64,000 nt of DNA from Paraspadella gotoi (taxonomy: Eukaryota; Animalia; Chaetognatha): assembly GCA_051294375.1 (NCBI GenBank), contig CM119267.1, forward strand, positions 23,862,111 to 23,926,110, given 5' to 3'. Both the position numbers and the translations under genes were made by a program. Shown here piece after piece: positions 11,891 through 33,983 of the stretch (positions are counted from its first letter, which is position 1; each line of letters opens with the position of its first letter). The notes beneath the pieces are model-generated. The model had not been told where the DNA came from. It did no database searches and worked only from the letters and a program-made list of their open reading frames with translations.

Positions 11891-14800
11891 CCCCATCTCT
11901 CTCTTTTTCCATTCGACAAACCGTTCTCTACTCTCCCCCCCCTTGACCCGAACCTGTGACCGACCTGCGCAATCCGCGGTTCTCGTTTTCTCGCCGCCTT
12001 CGCCGCCTTCGCCCGCCTTCGCCCTCGTCCTTTTCTTTCGATCCGCCGCAGCCCATTTTTTGTTTCCAGAAACTTTTTTTCTTTTTTTTTTGGTCAAATT
12101 CAAAGAATCAAAAAAATCGCGGGAATTTAAAAATGTTAGTTTTGGCGGGAAGTAGGGTACCGACTTTTCGACGGTACGAGTCTCGTCTAAGACGAACGAG
12201 CTTCTCTTTAGTTTTGACTCGGCGTTTCTCGATGTATTTCCCGTTAAGCCTGGCTCGGCGCCGGCTGCAGAGACGGCGCGGTGCTGCTGCGAGAGCTGCA
12301 GCGGGAAGATAGTCGACCGCAAACCGAGATTTTAAATCTTTAAATATTTAATACTGGTCATTTTTACCTAAATTTTACCCTTCTTAAAAATGGTCAATGG
12401 TCTTTTCATTCTCATTTTTCATTACTTTACTACGTTACGTCTTTCTGATGATCATAAACATAATCATCAACTTTATCATTAACTTTATCATCAACTTCAT
12501 CATAACAATGACCGGACAGAAAACAAAAAAGGAAAACTAACGAGGTAAGCAGTGACAACTTTTTTCTATGTTTTTATTAAATAAAACATATCGTAATCGC
12601 TTATGAATCAACCAGTTGTTTTTTTATTCAGAATCTTTTCTTTTTCGAATTCGAAAACAAATCGATTCGCGTCTCAAAAAAGGAAAAAAAATAAAATGTT
12701 TTTGTTTGTGAAGAGAGGATCCAAGCTTTCGAGAGGCACGGAGAGATGAGCCAAGCATTAGGCGGACTGCTTTCCTCTTCTACCTTCATCGCCGCCGCCG
12801 CCGCTCCTCCTCTTCATCTTCCTCCTCCTCCTCCCTTTCCGATTCTGTCCGCTTCTCCGTCTCTCCTCTGACTCTTCATTTTGATTGTCTTCCTGTCGTT
12901 CGTCGTCTTGTTCACCTTGATTGCAGTTGGTCGAAATCACCCAAAGTTCTGAAAAAAGTGAGATGGGTTGGTTGATACCGGGGGAATTGCGGACGATTTT
13001 AGTGGACGAGTGGGGGAGAAAAGGGGAGGTGGAGCTAGAGTGAGGCGAGGGAGAGGGAGAAAGAGGGAGGGGAGAGAGGGAGGGGGAGGAAGGAAGAAGA
13101 AGAGTGAGGAGGGGAGGTGGAGGAGGAGGAACGGAGAGGGAGGTGAGCAAGAGTGAGGGGAGCGAGGTGGACTAAAGAGGAGGGGGGAGGGAGAGGAAGA
13201 GGAAGGGGAGGAGGATAGGAGGAGACGACAACCACGACGACGACGCAGACGTTTACTGTTCACATCGTCGAAAAGCAAAGTTTTAAACGAAAGTTTTGAC
13301 GGTTGTGCTTACTGTATCACAACGTACCGATATTGAAATACTGACAATCTACACGCCAAAAACAAAAACAGACAGAGACAGAGAAACCAGAAAGACAACG
13401 ACCGAGCAAAATCTTCTTTCAAATCCGTTCGCACGACGAACATCTTCCAACACTCCCTCCACGACCACACTGCGATTCGCCTGGTTCTCGTTCTCGCCTC
13501 CTTCGCCGCCGCCCTCGCCGCCGCCGTCGTCCGCCTTCTTCTTGGATCCACCGCAGCCCATTTTCGTTACCGGGCCGGGATCCGCGTAAAACAACCGAGA
13601 AACTGCGCTCGGGTCGCCAAAAAAAAAAATAAATTAGAAAAAAAACACAAAAAGTGTCTTGTGGTTTTTGTGTCGAATTAAAAAAAACGGAGAAAGAAAA
13701 ACCTTGGTTGAGTAAGATCGAGGGAAGCTAGGATCGATCGTAGGAGCGTTTGCTTACAATCGTTGTACACTCTCTCCTCTCTGTCTCACTCTTCTCTTCT
13801 TCGTCGCGTAATCGTTTCTTATTCTTAATTCTTTCGGCGTTTGTTTTATATGAGGTTATACTCACGTAACAGCTCATTGTGATAGTCTTTTGAGCTTAAT
13901 TGAATCCAGATTTAGACTGATTAAAAATAAGTTTGCTTAGTACCAGACTTGCATAAGTTCACCCCGCCCATAAGTAAGTCGTGACGCCGGTGGCTCCCTG
14001 ATAATACCATCATCTCATGACCATTAAGAACCGGGATCGATCCTTCGAGAAGCGTGAGGACAGCCGTCAACCGCCCTGGAGGCCTGGAAAACCAGCAAGA
14101 CTGGTTCCAAGCCCAGGACGCGTTCTATGGCTGCGGATCGCACTTTTTCAGCCGCTTATCACATTATTAGCATCAAATCTTTTCAAGTGCCCACTGTCCT
14201 CCTCAGCTTTCAGATTTCAGACTTTAAAAAAATAAGTTTTGTCAATAATTGTAAGATTGATGAGGCCTTAAATCAAATAGCCTGTCCAAAGTCAGGACAA
14301 GATAGCTTATTTATTAATGAATGGATAATTTTTAATTGGTTTCAGTTTCATGTATTTTTCCTTATTGACCCTCCTCCTCCCCTCCTACTCATCCTCCTCC
14401 TTCCTCCATGACCCTCTCTGACTCTTCAGGACATCTCCACCTCTCTCCAATCACCGTCCGCTTCGGGCACAGTCGCCAACAGTTCCAACGCCGACTTTTT
14501 TTCGTCTTTCTCCGTTTCCGCTCTTCAACGACGTCTACCGCCGGATGGAATCCTGGGAACGCTGTGGAGATTCGACGACGCCACGGCGCGGGCGCGCTGC
14601 GGGCGGCGCCGGGTGATCCGATCCGGCGACGCCGTCCAGCGCCTCCTCGACGAAGACTGCGACGAAGAATTCCGGCGCTTGAGGGGCGTTGCTCTCGATC
14701 TCGTTGCTTGCCGTGTGGAAGGATCGACGGGAGTTTGCTCGAGGTTTGCGGTGGGAAGAGGTCGGGTGTGTTGAGTGGGTATATATATCCAGAAAGGTTA

Positions 14801-16940
14801 AGGTGGTTAGGACCTTTGAAAAAGATAGTACTAAGTGGCAAGAGAAAAAATCACCATAAAACCTAACAGTACTAATTACCATGTAATGAAAATTAAAATG
14901 ACTTGTTTCACTATTTAAACATTTTTTTTTTTATTTTTAATTTTTAAATGTTATAGTTCAAAAAATGGCAAAAATTATCGAAGACATTAAATTTTATATA
15001 TAGATGTATTTTAAATAACCATTTTTGTACATATTTTTTTTATTGTCTATAAAACAACAAACAGTAATTGCAGATGAAATTCAATGTATACCGCACTTGA
15101 TTAATCTTAGACTAATCCACCCCATCAACTCCAGCTCATCAACTCCAAGATGCTGGGAGTTCCTCCGCGACGGGTCGTCTAGGTCAGCTGGAGGCCAAGT
15201 ACGCGTCACGTCTGTCGCCGATCGAACGCCTCGTCCACAAAGCGCTGAACTCGTCGACCTTCTCGGCCTCTTTCTATTCGTGGGGCGGAATGGGGCGGGT
15301 GTGGTGGCTCCGGTGGTGGAGTGGGGTGAGGAGATGAGGAGGAGGAGGAAGAGGAGGGAGGAGGAGGGGCGTAGGGAAGATCGATTTTACATAAGATTTA
15401 AAATAGGGAAAAATATCTTTGTTTTTTTTTCATTTTTGTATCTAGATTATCTTTATAATGATTCGGAATATAATTTTTTTTCCAGAACTTAATGTTTAAT
15501 GCTATTTATTCTAAATTTTGAAAAAGTCAGTCTTGATATTAAAAACCATTTTCTTTTTGTTTTTTTGTTTTTTTTTAATTTTAACATAGCTTGACAGACA
15601 CAATTGCATTTAACGTTGGACTTCTGTTCGGTACTTATCAACAATCTGTATTATTTGTTTTGTAATTTTTTTTTCATGTATAATTCTTTCAGGTTTACAT
15701 AATTTAATAGTTTCATTACTTTAATTGGATTCATTCTGTCATTCATTCATTCATCCTTTCATTCCTCTGACCTACTTTCATTCGACTACGAATGCTGCGT
15801 CCGCCGCGGCTCCGCTCCGACCCCAAAGTTGAATGGCCACCTCGACGAGCGGTTCCAATCCCAAGTCAATAGGTTCGTCGACGCAGACTCTCTACTTTTA
15901 TCGTATTTATATTAGTTGTAGATCGTCTCGTCTAGTTAAAAATCTGCGCTAAAATTGTGCGAAATATTCGTTGAGAAATTAGTGAGCTTCTCACTCGGAA
16001 CGTTATGAATTAGTAAATGTATACTAGCAAAATGTTTAATCAAAATCTTGGATTAAGATGAAGTAAAATTAATTCCTCAAGTACTCTTCTTCATTTCTAT
16101 TTACCTTCACTTGACGTTAAATCTTTGACGATTTGTCCCGCGTTTTATGACCCTATGCTCTTTTGACCCCCGATGACTTTCATGACCTTTTTTTGACCTT
16201 CGTGACCTTTTGGACCTTCAAAAGGCGGATCCAGGAGATTTGTTTGAGGATTTAATGATTGTCGGGGAGCGACGAACAGAACTAGAATAGCATTATCAAA
16301 GGTAACAATTAAAATAATGGTTTAATTAATCAAGGCGAAATAACAAAATAAATAAAAAAAAAGATTAAAAAATTACGTACAGATTAAAGAGCACATTTTA
16401 ATTTATTTTACATTCTGTTATATTGGTTTATGTCACGAAGATTTTAAGGAAAAACATTAAGACTATCTTGGAAAATCTCCGCTTTTTTGTGACAACGATC
16501 GCAGACCACTTTGTACGCACTAACTTCAGCTTTCCACACGGAACCTACTCACTCACAAATGGTTCCCCATTTACCTAAGCTTCTTTTTTTTGACAAATCT
16601 TGATCATACATAATTTTGTTGTTTGTCATCAAAAAATTGTCAGTGTTAAAAATCGGCTCTCACGTTGCGAATATTCAATTTTTTCTAGATTTGGAAATAA
16701 GTTTACGAAAAAAACCTTTACAACTTTTCTTAAATTTAAACTTTAACTTCAACTTTTATTAAATGATTGGTTTTATTCTTTGATAAAGTGGTTTTCATGA
16801 TATCTCAATAATAAATAGACTTTAACGTAGAAGTGTTAATTAATATTTTCAGTTTATAACAAGTGTTTAAATTTTTATTGGGTACTCAAAAAGTAATGTT
16901 TAGTTCTATTTTGATCCAATCTATTGAAAAAAAAAAAAAA
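9934..16940 (+). repeat. About 7 kb tandem duplicate of 2246-9933, indel-rich and probably an assembly artefact
   Basis: Colinear with the first copy. It begins mid-exon (tacacgaccgtg...) right after an A-run, and scattered 1-nt indels frameshift its iGluR exons. Confidence 0.93.
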
Positions 16941-16956
16941 TTTTAATTCGATTCAG

Positions 16957-17032
16957 GCAAAAGGAATGATGGGCGCAGTCGTCTCAGAGGCGACAAGGGA
17001 CTAAAGGAGAAAGTCGGCCCAGTCGCCCCGAA

Positions 17033-17076
<44 letters not shown>

Positions 17077-19439
17077 GAGAGAGATGAGAGAGAGAGAGAG
17101 NNNNNNNNNNNNNNNNNNNNNNNNNGACAGACAGAGATAGAGACATCTCCTCAACCCCCTCAACCCCAGGAGAGCCGGGCGACAAAGGCGACGGCTGCAA
17201 AAAGCCCAACATCAAACAATTCGTTTGGGCGCCGACGGGAGACGAAGGGACAACCTTTCAGTTCGAGGGCGAGAACGGAATCATTAGGGTGAGTTCAGTG
17301 GGTGAACCGTGAGGTTGGGGTCGGGGTAGGGTAAGGGTGCGGTTAGGGTTGGGTAAGACCCGGAAAAAGCTAGGATAAGATCGGGAGAGGCGAAGTCAGG
17401 TTTAAACGTTGGAACGAGATTGATCGGGAAGTTTCAAATTCAGAGTTCATGTTACAGAAATTTGGTGAAGAAAATAAAATGTTTTCGGAAATATTCTCAG
17501 TCAGTCGGTCATATTTAAGTAGCCTATATGCGCTATGATATAATCTATTACTATTAGAAGAGACAGTATAATGGAAGTGTTTGATATAAGTAGACTGGAG
17601 CTTTGGGACGGGTTGTTACAGCAAGTTATTGGCGGATTAATCGCCCCATCCTGCCGGGTTAGAAGCCCGGACCTTTGGGTTAGGAGGCGAAGGCTTTGCC
17701 TCCAGCACCAATGACCCTATTTTAAGCCACCAGACTATGTGTAATAAACTATTAACTTTTAATCCAGACGGTGACGTTTAGAAAACACAAAGATCATTCC
17801 TGGTTACGCGTCGTCTGGAGCGGGGCCATTCGGCTCAGATCTACAGTCGACATGGGGTCTTGCAGGTGAGAAAAGAGTTCTTTGATTTTGATTGACTGAC
17901 CGACCTGATATTCCTTTCGTTTTATTCGCTTGCCAATAATCCAGTTGATGGTCATTTTACGGTTTTCGTCTGTTGGATTCTAAACTAACAAATTAATCGA
18001 TTCGATTCTTCTTTTCTTTGTTTGTTCAGTTTCTTTTCTTTGTTCAAGTTATGTTCACTTTTTTTTTATCTCTTCCTTTTTTCCTCGCTTCTTTTCCCCT
18101 CTCTCTCTCCTCATATTATCACTTCTTCTCTTTTTCCTCTCATCTTAAACTCTCNNNNNNNNNNNNNNNNNNNNNNNNNNNNNNNNNNNNNNNNNNNATT
18201 CGTTTTCGTCGGCGTGTTCATCATTGACGTTGTGGCGTTTGTCCTTGTGGTCGACTCATTCGTCGTTGTGGTCGACGTCGCAATCGCTGTTGTGGACTTG
18301 TGGTTGTTAAATTCTTCGATGGGGTCATAGATTACATCATTGTGGTTGAGGCTTCGTCTAGACGAGGTCTCTGCTTTTATCTTTGTGGTTGTGGCTTCGT
18401 TTAGACCGGGTCTCAGTAAGGTTTATAAAGTGGTAATAAAAATAATAATACAAATGTAATAATATAATAACTAATAATAAATAATAATAATAATAATATA
18501 ATATAATAATAAAATAATAATAATAGATAAAAAAAAAAGTATTGTAGTCGGGCATTGCTATAAGTTCACCTAGCCATTACCATTGCCCTGCCTTGACACC
18601 TTCAGTCGTCACCCGTTGGCTCACTGAGTAAAGCTACCGGCTCCTGACCGTTAGTTATCGGGATCGAACCCCAATTATGCCAATGGTACCAACTCTGCGG
18701 GAAGCGTGAGGACGGCCGTAAATCACCTTGGGGGCCCGAAATACCTCATGCCTGGTTCTAAGCGCAAGACCCGTTTTATAGCTGAAGTGTTGTTTGTAAT
18801 CTCATCACTAATTATTTTTATTAAATAGATTTAAACAAATTAATAATGATTTAAAAAAATATTAATATAAAAAAAGTTTTAAATATTGTCTCCACAGTGG
18901 ACGGTCTGTGCGGCGCGATTCCTTCAGGCGTCGTCATCGTTCAATTCCTCATCGGCCCCTGCCTCTACTATCCCGAGTCCGTAGCCACTGGGGACGCCAG
19001 GACGGGGTGGGTTGATTGGACTGGATTGATCAATTGATTGATTGTTTATTGAATGAATGGATTAATAGATTATTGTTTTTATTTGGGAGTTTTATTGATT
19101 AGATTGATTGGTTTTATTGGATTGATTGATTAATTAGATTGATTGGTTTGATTGGATTGATAGGATAGGAGAGGATATGATTGAAGTATTGAATTTCGAA
19201 AGTCATTGATTTAATTTATTAAATGATTAGATAGATTAAGAAATTCATTTTAATGGATGTATTAATTGGCTTATCCAATGATCGATTGATTAGTCGATGA
19301 ATTGTTAATTAATAGGTTGAATGAGTACAAAATGGAAAATAAATAAATATTATTAAACAATTAACTTTTTTTTTCATTTAGTTGGGAAACGTCGCGCATA
19401 ATTTTAGAAGAAGTCGACGCCGACGTTGGGAGGCGATAA
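16957..19439 (+). CDS. CTHRC1: Collagen triple helix repeat-containing protein 1-like
   Basis: Exons: 16957-17033 (short G-X-Y with indels), 17170-17288 (GEPGDKGDGCKKPNIKQFVW...GIIR), 17768-17865 (TVTFRKHKDHSWLRVVWSGAIRL), 18898-19006 (DGLCGAIPSGVVIVQFLIGPC...GDARTG) and 19382-19439 (WETSRIILEE...*). These parallel the CTHRC1 motifs PNYKQCSW, CTFTK..S.LRVLFSGSLRL, EGLCEGI..G.V, GDASTGW and SRIIIEE. One internal exon is not visible. Confidence 0.85.
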
Positions 19440-19553
19440 ATTGTTTGTTTGTTTGTTTATATTGTTTTCGTATTCATATCGCTCTCTCTCTCTCTCCTTC
19501 ATTCGTCTCTCTCTTCAATCTCCTCTCTCGCTCTCTCTTCTCTCACCCCATCT

Positions 19554-19592
<39 letters not shown>

Positions 19593-20014
19593 TTTGTACA
19601 TATAGATACTGAATGGCAAAAACTCAAAAAATGAATTAAAAATTTCGGAAATGTATGTACATATAAATTAAAATTGAATCCCAGTTATTTTTATGTACAT
19701 TCGGTTTATCGTTGACAATGAATTATGAATTAAGGCGTTTTTTTAATCTAGTCAAACGAACTCTGTTGAATGCGAATCTCAAAATTGATTCTGTATGAAT
19801 TAAACAGTTTACACTACGTACATATAACTGCATTGTTCTACTAGAAAAATCATTGTTATTCCAATTTGGTTTGTTTTTTCGTTAAATATTTTTTGGCGTA
19901 ACTTCGTTGATATATCGTAATTTTCACGGGGGTGGACCGTTTTTTTGATATCTGAATTAAGATATTACTTAAATTCCATATTTAAACCTAACTAGGCTCT
20001 CTTTTTTCAGAGTG

Positions 20015-20460
20015 ACCCATTTCTGTTCCTTTATCCCGTAATTTAATTTTAATCTTAATATTTAACCTAATTAAAAAACCTTAACCCTGAAGCATCATGC
20101 TTAACTTTTAGCCCTAACCCTTAACCAACCCTTAATTACTAACCTCATCCCTAACCTAATCTTTAACCTCATCCCTAACCTAATCTTTAACCTCATCCCT
20201 AACCTAATCTTTAACCCTAATCTCCGACCTAATCTTTCATTCAAAAAATAAAAAATTTAAGATGAAATAGGGCTTTTTGAGAAAATAAGTCCTCCATATT
20301 TAAGATGAAATGGGGCTTTTTGGGAAAATAAATCCTCCAGATTTAAGATGAAATAAGGCTTTTTGGGAAAATAAGTCGTCCAAATTTAAAATGAAATGGG
20401 GCTTTTTTGGAAAATAAGTCCTCCAAGGTTAAGATGAAATGGGGCTTTTTGGGAAAATAA
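20015..20460 (+). repeat. Composite repeat with CCTAA-rich 24-bp and 42-bp minisatellites; related copy at about 61535-61790
   Basis: About three cctaacctaatctttaacctcatc units and five atttaagatgaaatggggctttttgggaaaataagtcctcca units. The lead-in tgttcctttatcccg…atttaattttaa is shared with 61540. Confidence 0.7.
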
Positions 20461-21913
20461 TTCCAAATCCAAATAAGTGATTTTAAATTATTGAACAAAC
20501 AATCAGGAAACGCTCGGCCCTTCGCTTCTCACATCACACGATTATTTTCACTTTTTTCCTCTCATTCTTTAGTCTCTCTTTTGCGTTATTATTAATATTT
20601 TTATATTCATTTTATCAGTTTTTAAAACATATTTTACGTAGTTTCATTTATGAAAATATAAGATTTATGACAGCAAACGACAGAAACTTAGTAAAGAATT
20701 ACAAATGTGTCTAATCGATATGTAGTACGATTACATTCATGAACAATATGCTCTTGATGTTGTAGAATTTATGTTGCTAAGATAACTTTACTTTAAAATG
20801 AGCTCAACAATGACAATACATAAATATTTTTAAGTTTGTAAGAATTTTTAAAAATTGTTGTTTTTTTTTCATTCCTTCATTTCCAATATGAAGTTTTGTT
20901 TTTGATAGAATTTGATTTCTGAAAAAATAACAAACAAAAGGCCATCGAAAGCTTTTAGCGTTGGAGTGCTATACTCATAATAGTTATTAGTACTTCTTAA
21001 AGGAGAAACTATGTAATAAAAAACTGATCCATTAATTCAATGTACATACAAACAAAGACAAAGAGAAATGATTCAACCACAAATCCTGCTTGTTAAAGAG
21101 AATTAAGAAAACATTTTAATTCAATGTGGCGGAATATCGTACCGTTTAAAAATTCAGCAATTTTCTAAATTTAATAATTTTTCAAGATGTTTATTTATTT
21201 TCTTTCTTTTTTTTGGTTAATTATTTTCTTTAATTTCATTTTATACAAAAAGAATATTGATAAAAACAACTGAAGATGTTGTTCAACTGTTTTCGGTCAC
21301 ACCAAACATAGAGCGACATTCGCGGAACGTATTCTAAACAACGAAATATTTTTCTTTCTATTATTGTCGCATGTTGTTGAAGGCACAAATGAACATCGCA
21401 AGGCATGTTGGTCGTTGAATCATTAAATTTAAGGTAGAGAGACTTCGCAAACCATTTTATCGTTTAGTTTTAGATTTATGTTCTTTTCCCTGTATTTCAG
21501 CGTAAAATAAATTCCAACGAGAAAAAAAATTTGCATTATTATTTTTTTTTTAAATTTTGTCTTGAGTTAGAAAAACAAAAAGCGAGTTTGATGAATTAAA
21601 TTAAATGAATCTTAAATTGGTTTCTAATGTAGAGGCTACTTTAGTTTTTTTTTAAATTTGTCGTGCTTAATTAATTTTCACACTTTTGTCTACTTTCTTC
21701 ATGACTTCGAATTAGTTTATTAAATAATTTCGTTTACCGAATTTATATTTAAATTAGCTAGCTACTCAAATGAAAACAGTTCTAATTTTCATTTCTCGTA
21801 ATAAAACTTGATCAAAACAGAATGAAATAAACAACCTTCAACAAATGCATTGAAGAAATAAGGCCCTAACAAGAATATCGCCGTTTTTTAAATTTAATTC
21901 AACAAATGATATG

Positions 21914-31281
<9,368 letters not shown>

Positions 31282-31860
31282 CTTTTTCGAATTTTTGAGC
31301 AAAAAATTTAGAGAATTCGTCATTTTCTTTTTTTTTTTCTCGCCGATTTCGATCATAATTTTATGGAGTTATTTATAATTTGACGATTTTTCCGTACGTA
31401 TATATTTATTATAAGTTTTTAATTAATCTCAGTTTTTTTTTAAATTATAATTAAATAATTACTCAACTTATCTTTTTCAAATGGAACGAAATTTGAATTT
31501 GAACTGAAAATATAATTGAGCGTAGAGTGGATAGAATTCTAGGTCACAGCCGTGAGATCTTGGTTTCATTGGAAAGCTTTCGCTCTGTAAACTCTCGTCC
31601 TTAATGTGAGACCTGAAGTGTTTTTTTTTTCCCGCAATTTCTGTCAGATTGCATTAAATATATCGATGGCGGATCGCCCTGAAAATTTGGTCAACGCCGA
31701 AGAAGATTTTCACAGTCGGAGTTTTTGGAGTTCATAAACATTTTTTTAAAAATTTTCCTTTAAATATATATTATTTTTTTTTGGTTCCTTTAAAAAAATC
31801 CCGAAAGCCTCCCTTGGTTTCTCTCAGCGATGACGACGTGGACAAACAAGTTTTGTCCAT

Positions 31861-31892
<32 letters not shown>

Positions 31893-33832
31893 CATAAGGA
31901 AGACGAACAAATGATCTTGACTCATGATCTAAATTGAGAAATATATTTCGCTGACGAGCATGATAGTAGTCTCCATAAGTGAGGGTAAAGGGGAAAAAAA
32001 TTAACGCTTTCAACAAAGTAAAGTTGTGGAATTATTGTAATTCAAACAAATTAGCAGATCATGAGTATCGGAAAGAGCTGTGATAGAAGAATTTATTCAA
32101 GCTAGAACGTTGGGATTTAATCCAGTCGACCTGCTTCAGAGAAATCCAAATCCATCATTTTGCTGCAGGAGAATATGAAAACAAAACAAGTTTGAACAAA
32201 CAATGCAATTTAATTTAATATAAAAGGAAATAATCATAATCAAAGAATAAATTTTTTTTTTCTATTCAAACGCATTTCCACTATTTCATCAAGACTTAAT
32301 TTCCAGCAAAATCACACATTTTCACACCCACAAATAAAATTTCAAGTCAATCGTTCGATCCACTCCTGAGTAATTGGCGTTTAAAGCGAGGGAGGGATGG
32401 ACCGACGGACAGAGGGATGGATCGACGGACAGACATCGGTTTTTTAGTTTTTTTTTCTTAATACCGGTATATTATGGTGTACTAAAATCCATCAACCCTT
32501 CATCAGCGGCCATTGGTGCCGGAGGCAAGTCATTCGCCTCCCATTCGGCTCCCAACCCAAAGGTCCGGGGTTCTAGCCCGGTGGCGCGCCTAGCAGTTAA
32601 GAGAGACGGGGCGCTTAACCCGCCTGTAACACGGTGTTACAGCCTGATCCGAAGCTCAGGGACTGCTTATATTGAATCATAATTTGATGTTCTGAAAAAT
32701 AATTGGCGCAATAATGAAAATCAAACCTCAGAAAATATAGATATGGAAGAGAGCCAGCTTTGCTCATGATTTTTAATGAGGGAATTAACAATATAATATC
32801 ATACATTGCTAATGACTATCACTCAATCACTCACAAATCACGGTAAAACAGAGTTTGGCATAAATTCTAATTCTCTGCTTCACCAAAATCGCTTGTTACT
32901 TTTTCAATCTTGATTTTTCAAGTTTTTAATCCAGCCAATCGCTTGGTTTTTTCAATTCTTCGCCGAAATTTCAGCCAATCAGAGTCGTGTTCTGCAAATG
33001 TAAACCGATTTCATGCAACAAAAAAAACCATCACGGCTCAGTTCGGGCTAAAAAACTTCACCGTGTTTTGGCAAAAATAACCTAAAAAAGATTCACCAAA
33101 CTTACAACTTTTGTACTTTTCTAAATATGCGTGTATTTACTCTTTCCGTCTGCTGAGTTTTAATTTTTTAACCAATGCTTTTTTAACTAATGCTTTTTTA
33201 ACTAATGCTTTCACATTAGCCTTTCAAACTGCTTCTCTGCGATAAAATTCGCTGATCATCTTTAACATTTAAATGATTTTTACTTTTGCATAAATGTTTC
33301 CGTTTATTACTGTTTTTATGTCTCTATTGATTCAATGATCTAATTGAATTACAAACAATTAGATCATTGAATCAATTATGTACCGCAGATTTATTATAAT
33401 ATTTTTATGTAGACATCGTGTTATTTCTCTCTTTTCGTTGTGTTTTGTAATTTAGGAAATTGAAAATGGGCAACAACGATTTATTAAACATCATTATTGT
33501 TGCCCATTAATACTTTCGAATTTCCTAAATATTTTTTATGAAAACATGTCCAACTCAGGCTCGTCCTCTTTATTTCTTCTTATTCTGGACAACAAAGAAA
33601 ATAATGAATGCAAGAAGAAGAAAAAAGCAACAAAAATATGATCGATTTTTAAGAAATTTAGTTGAGCGATGATTGGTTGTAATTTAATCGTGACCAAGCT
33701 TTTCGACAAGCTTTTCGTGACGGAAAAGTCGAAATCTCAAAAGCGGGAATTTAAAAATGATCTGAAGGCGGAATCAAATTTTCTTTTATTATATCATTTT
33801 TCTTTTTTTTTTTTTGTCTTTTTTATCTTTAT

Positions 33833-33903
<71 letters not shown>

Positions 33904-33924
33904 CTTCTCTCTCTCTCTCTCTTC

Positions 33925-33965
<41 letters not shown>

Positions 33966-33983
33966 GCCTCCGTTTCTCTTCAG

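Noticed and set aside
9934-15420. Second iGluR paralogue or pseudogene, with two more MGCGGSK genes
   Set aside because: It starts mid-exon, is near-identical in introns and differs mainly by random 1-nt indels, so an artefactual duplicate is more likely.
20255-20460. CRISPR-like array
   Set aside because: The units are adjacent with no unique spacers, the context is eukaryotic and there are no cas genes; it is a minisatellite.
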